Source of the DNA: an uncultured Chthonomonadaceae bacterium
GTDB lineage: Bacteria > Armatimonadota > Chthonomonadetes > Chthonomonadales > Chthonomonadaceae
Reading direction: 5' to 3'
Length of the DNA: 64,000 nt
NCBI GenBank assembly: GCA_963817895.1
Contig: CAWFQB010000010.1
Coordinates: forward strand, 32,001-96,000
Part shown: piece after piece, positions 62,897 through 64,000 of the stretch
Layout of the letters: every line of letters starts with the position of its first letter
How positions within the stretch are numbered: the stretch's first letter is position 1
Made by a program: the position numbers and the translations under genes
The notes under the pieces: model-generated
The model's input: only the letters and a program-made list of their open reading frames with translations
Databases searched by the model: none
What the model was told of the DNA's origin: nothing

Positions 62897-63709
62897 ATGA
62901 TTCAAAGCGTATTGGAACCGGTTCTGGTTCCACAACCAACAAAAGAACCGACAACGCGGCTGGTGGAGGTGTTTTCGTCCATACAGGGCGAGGGGATGCT
63001 GGTCGGGCATCGGCAGATATTTGTGCGGACGTATGGCTGCAACCTGCGCTGCACGTACTGCGACAGCCCCGAAACGCTCAAAGAATCGCCCATCCCGTCC
63101 GCCTGCCGCGTGGAGCAGACGCCCGGTTCGTGGACGTTTCGCCCGGTTGCCAACCCCATCTCCGGCGACACGCTGACCCGAATTGTGCAGGATTATCTCG
63201 CGGAACCGCACCATTCGCTTTCCATCACGGGCGGCGAACCCCTGCTTCACGCCCGGTTTCTGGGAGCAATGGCTGCCGGACGCCCGCAAACTGGGCCTGA
63301 AAATCTTTGTGGAAACCAACGGCCTGCTGCCCGACCATCTGGCGCGGATTATTCGGCGCTGGTGGATTATGTTTCGATGGACTTCAAAGCGCCGAGCGCG
63401 ACGGGACTGAGCGAAGCGGAAACGTGGAACAAGCATCGCGCCTTCCTGCAAGTGGCGCGGCAAACGAACGTGTACGGCAAACTGGTGATCACGCCCGCCA
63501 CAACCGACGCGGAACTGGACGCGGTAACGGATACCATTGCCGCTGTTGACGCCGCCATTCCTCTGATTTTGCAGCCGGTCACGCCGATGGGAACAGAAAC
63601 GCAGCCGGTATCGCCCGTCCGCATGATCGCGCTTCATGCCCGCGCCGCCCGCCGCCTGTCCGAAGTCCGCGTCATTCCCCAAACCCACAAAATGATGCAA
63701 CTGCTTTGA
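62897..63709 (+). CDS. queE: 7-carboxy-7-deazaguanine synthase (radical SAM)
   Basis: EVFSSIQGEG, CNLRCTYCD, ITGGEPLL and IPQTHK. The ETNG motif lies in another frame between compensating indels. Confidence 0.9.
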   Translation: MIQSVLEPVLVPQPTKEPTTRLVEVFSSIQGEGMLVGHRQIFVRTYGCNLRCTYCDSPETLKESPIPSACRVEQTPGSWTFRPVANPISGDTLTRIVQDYLAEPHHSLSITGGEPLLHARFLGAMAAGRPQTGPENLCGNQRPAARPSGADYSALVDYVSMDFKAPSATGLSEAETWNKHRAFLQVARQTNVYGKLVITPATTDAELDAVTDTIAAVDAAIPLILQPVTPMGTETQPVSPVRMIALHARAARRLSEVRVIPQTHKMMQLL

Positions 63710-63808
63710 TAGCTATTACACAAATTCTGTTAAACGTGTTGACTATTTCGCCTGAACCAGCCATAAGTAGGCTGTGTCTTATCCAACACGCGAGAGTACC
63801 AAAAGGAG

Positions 63809-64000
63809 ATGAAGACAATGAACGCAACCGCTACGGACGTAAAGAACCGTTTTGGGGAGTTCATGGACAAGGCGCAACGTGAACCGGTGACTGTAGATAA
63901 GTCCGGCAGAAGTTACGCAGTGCTGATCGGCTACGACGAATACCAGCGACTGCTGGCAGCCGAAGACGCTCTATGGGCGGCAAGGGCTGACGAGGCGAAG
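63809..64000 (+). CDS. Phd/YefM-family antitoxin (runs off window)
   Basis: Manual translation MNATATDVKNRFGEFMDKAQREPVTVDKSGRSYAVLIGYDEYQRL. Confidence 0.85.
   Translation, partial: MKTMNATATDVKNRFGEFMDKAQREPVTVDKSGRSYAVLIGYDEYQRLLAAEDALWAARADEAK

Overview
A GC-rich bacterial chromosome segment. PEP-CTERM proteins, DUF1559-type pseudopilins and an LptA/OstA-like protein suggest Armatimonadota or a similar diderm lineage (inference only). The core includes the tRNA-Tyr/tRNA-Thr/tuf/rpmG/tRNA-Trp/secE/nusG/rplK/rplA cluster, a separate tRNA-Gln, hslV, kbl, folP, queE, a uracil-DNA glycosylase, a UvrD-type helicase start, and nucleoside and oligopeptide ABC components. Small accessory patches lie between these: toxin-antitoxin genes, a prophage-like XRE remnant, a decayed defence-like island hit by IS630 and IS3 elements, a Shedu fragment and an ATPase-TPR pair. 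Many genes are split by single-base indels, probably read-consensus errors, although some in-frame stops look real. The strongest candidate for an undescribed system is at about 37.1-44.7 kb. A SARP/BTAD activator fused to an AAA_35 (STAND-like) ATPase lies next to an AAA_35-transmembrane-WD40 receptor. The same GTCACG-N5-GTCACG-N10-(-10) promoter layout precedes both the receptor gene and the divergent PEP-CTERM/pseudopilin pair. Other notable signals are two small insertions bracketed by duplicated gene 3' ends, two near-identical Rhs-core stubs trailing accessory genes, a promoter/operator/terminator-bounded small RNA, and many heptamer-repeat hairpins. Coordinates outside the ORF track and all identities were counted by hand.
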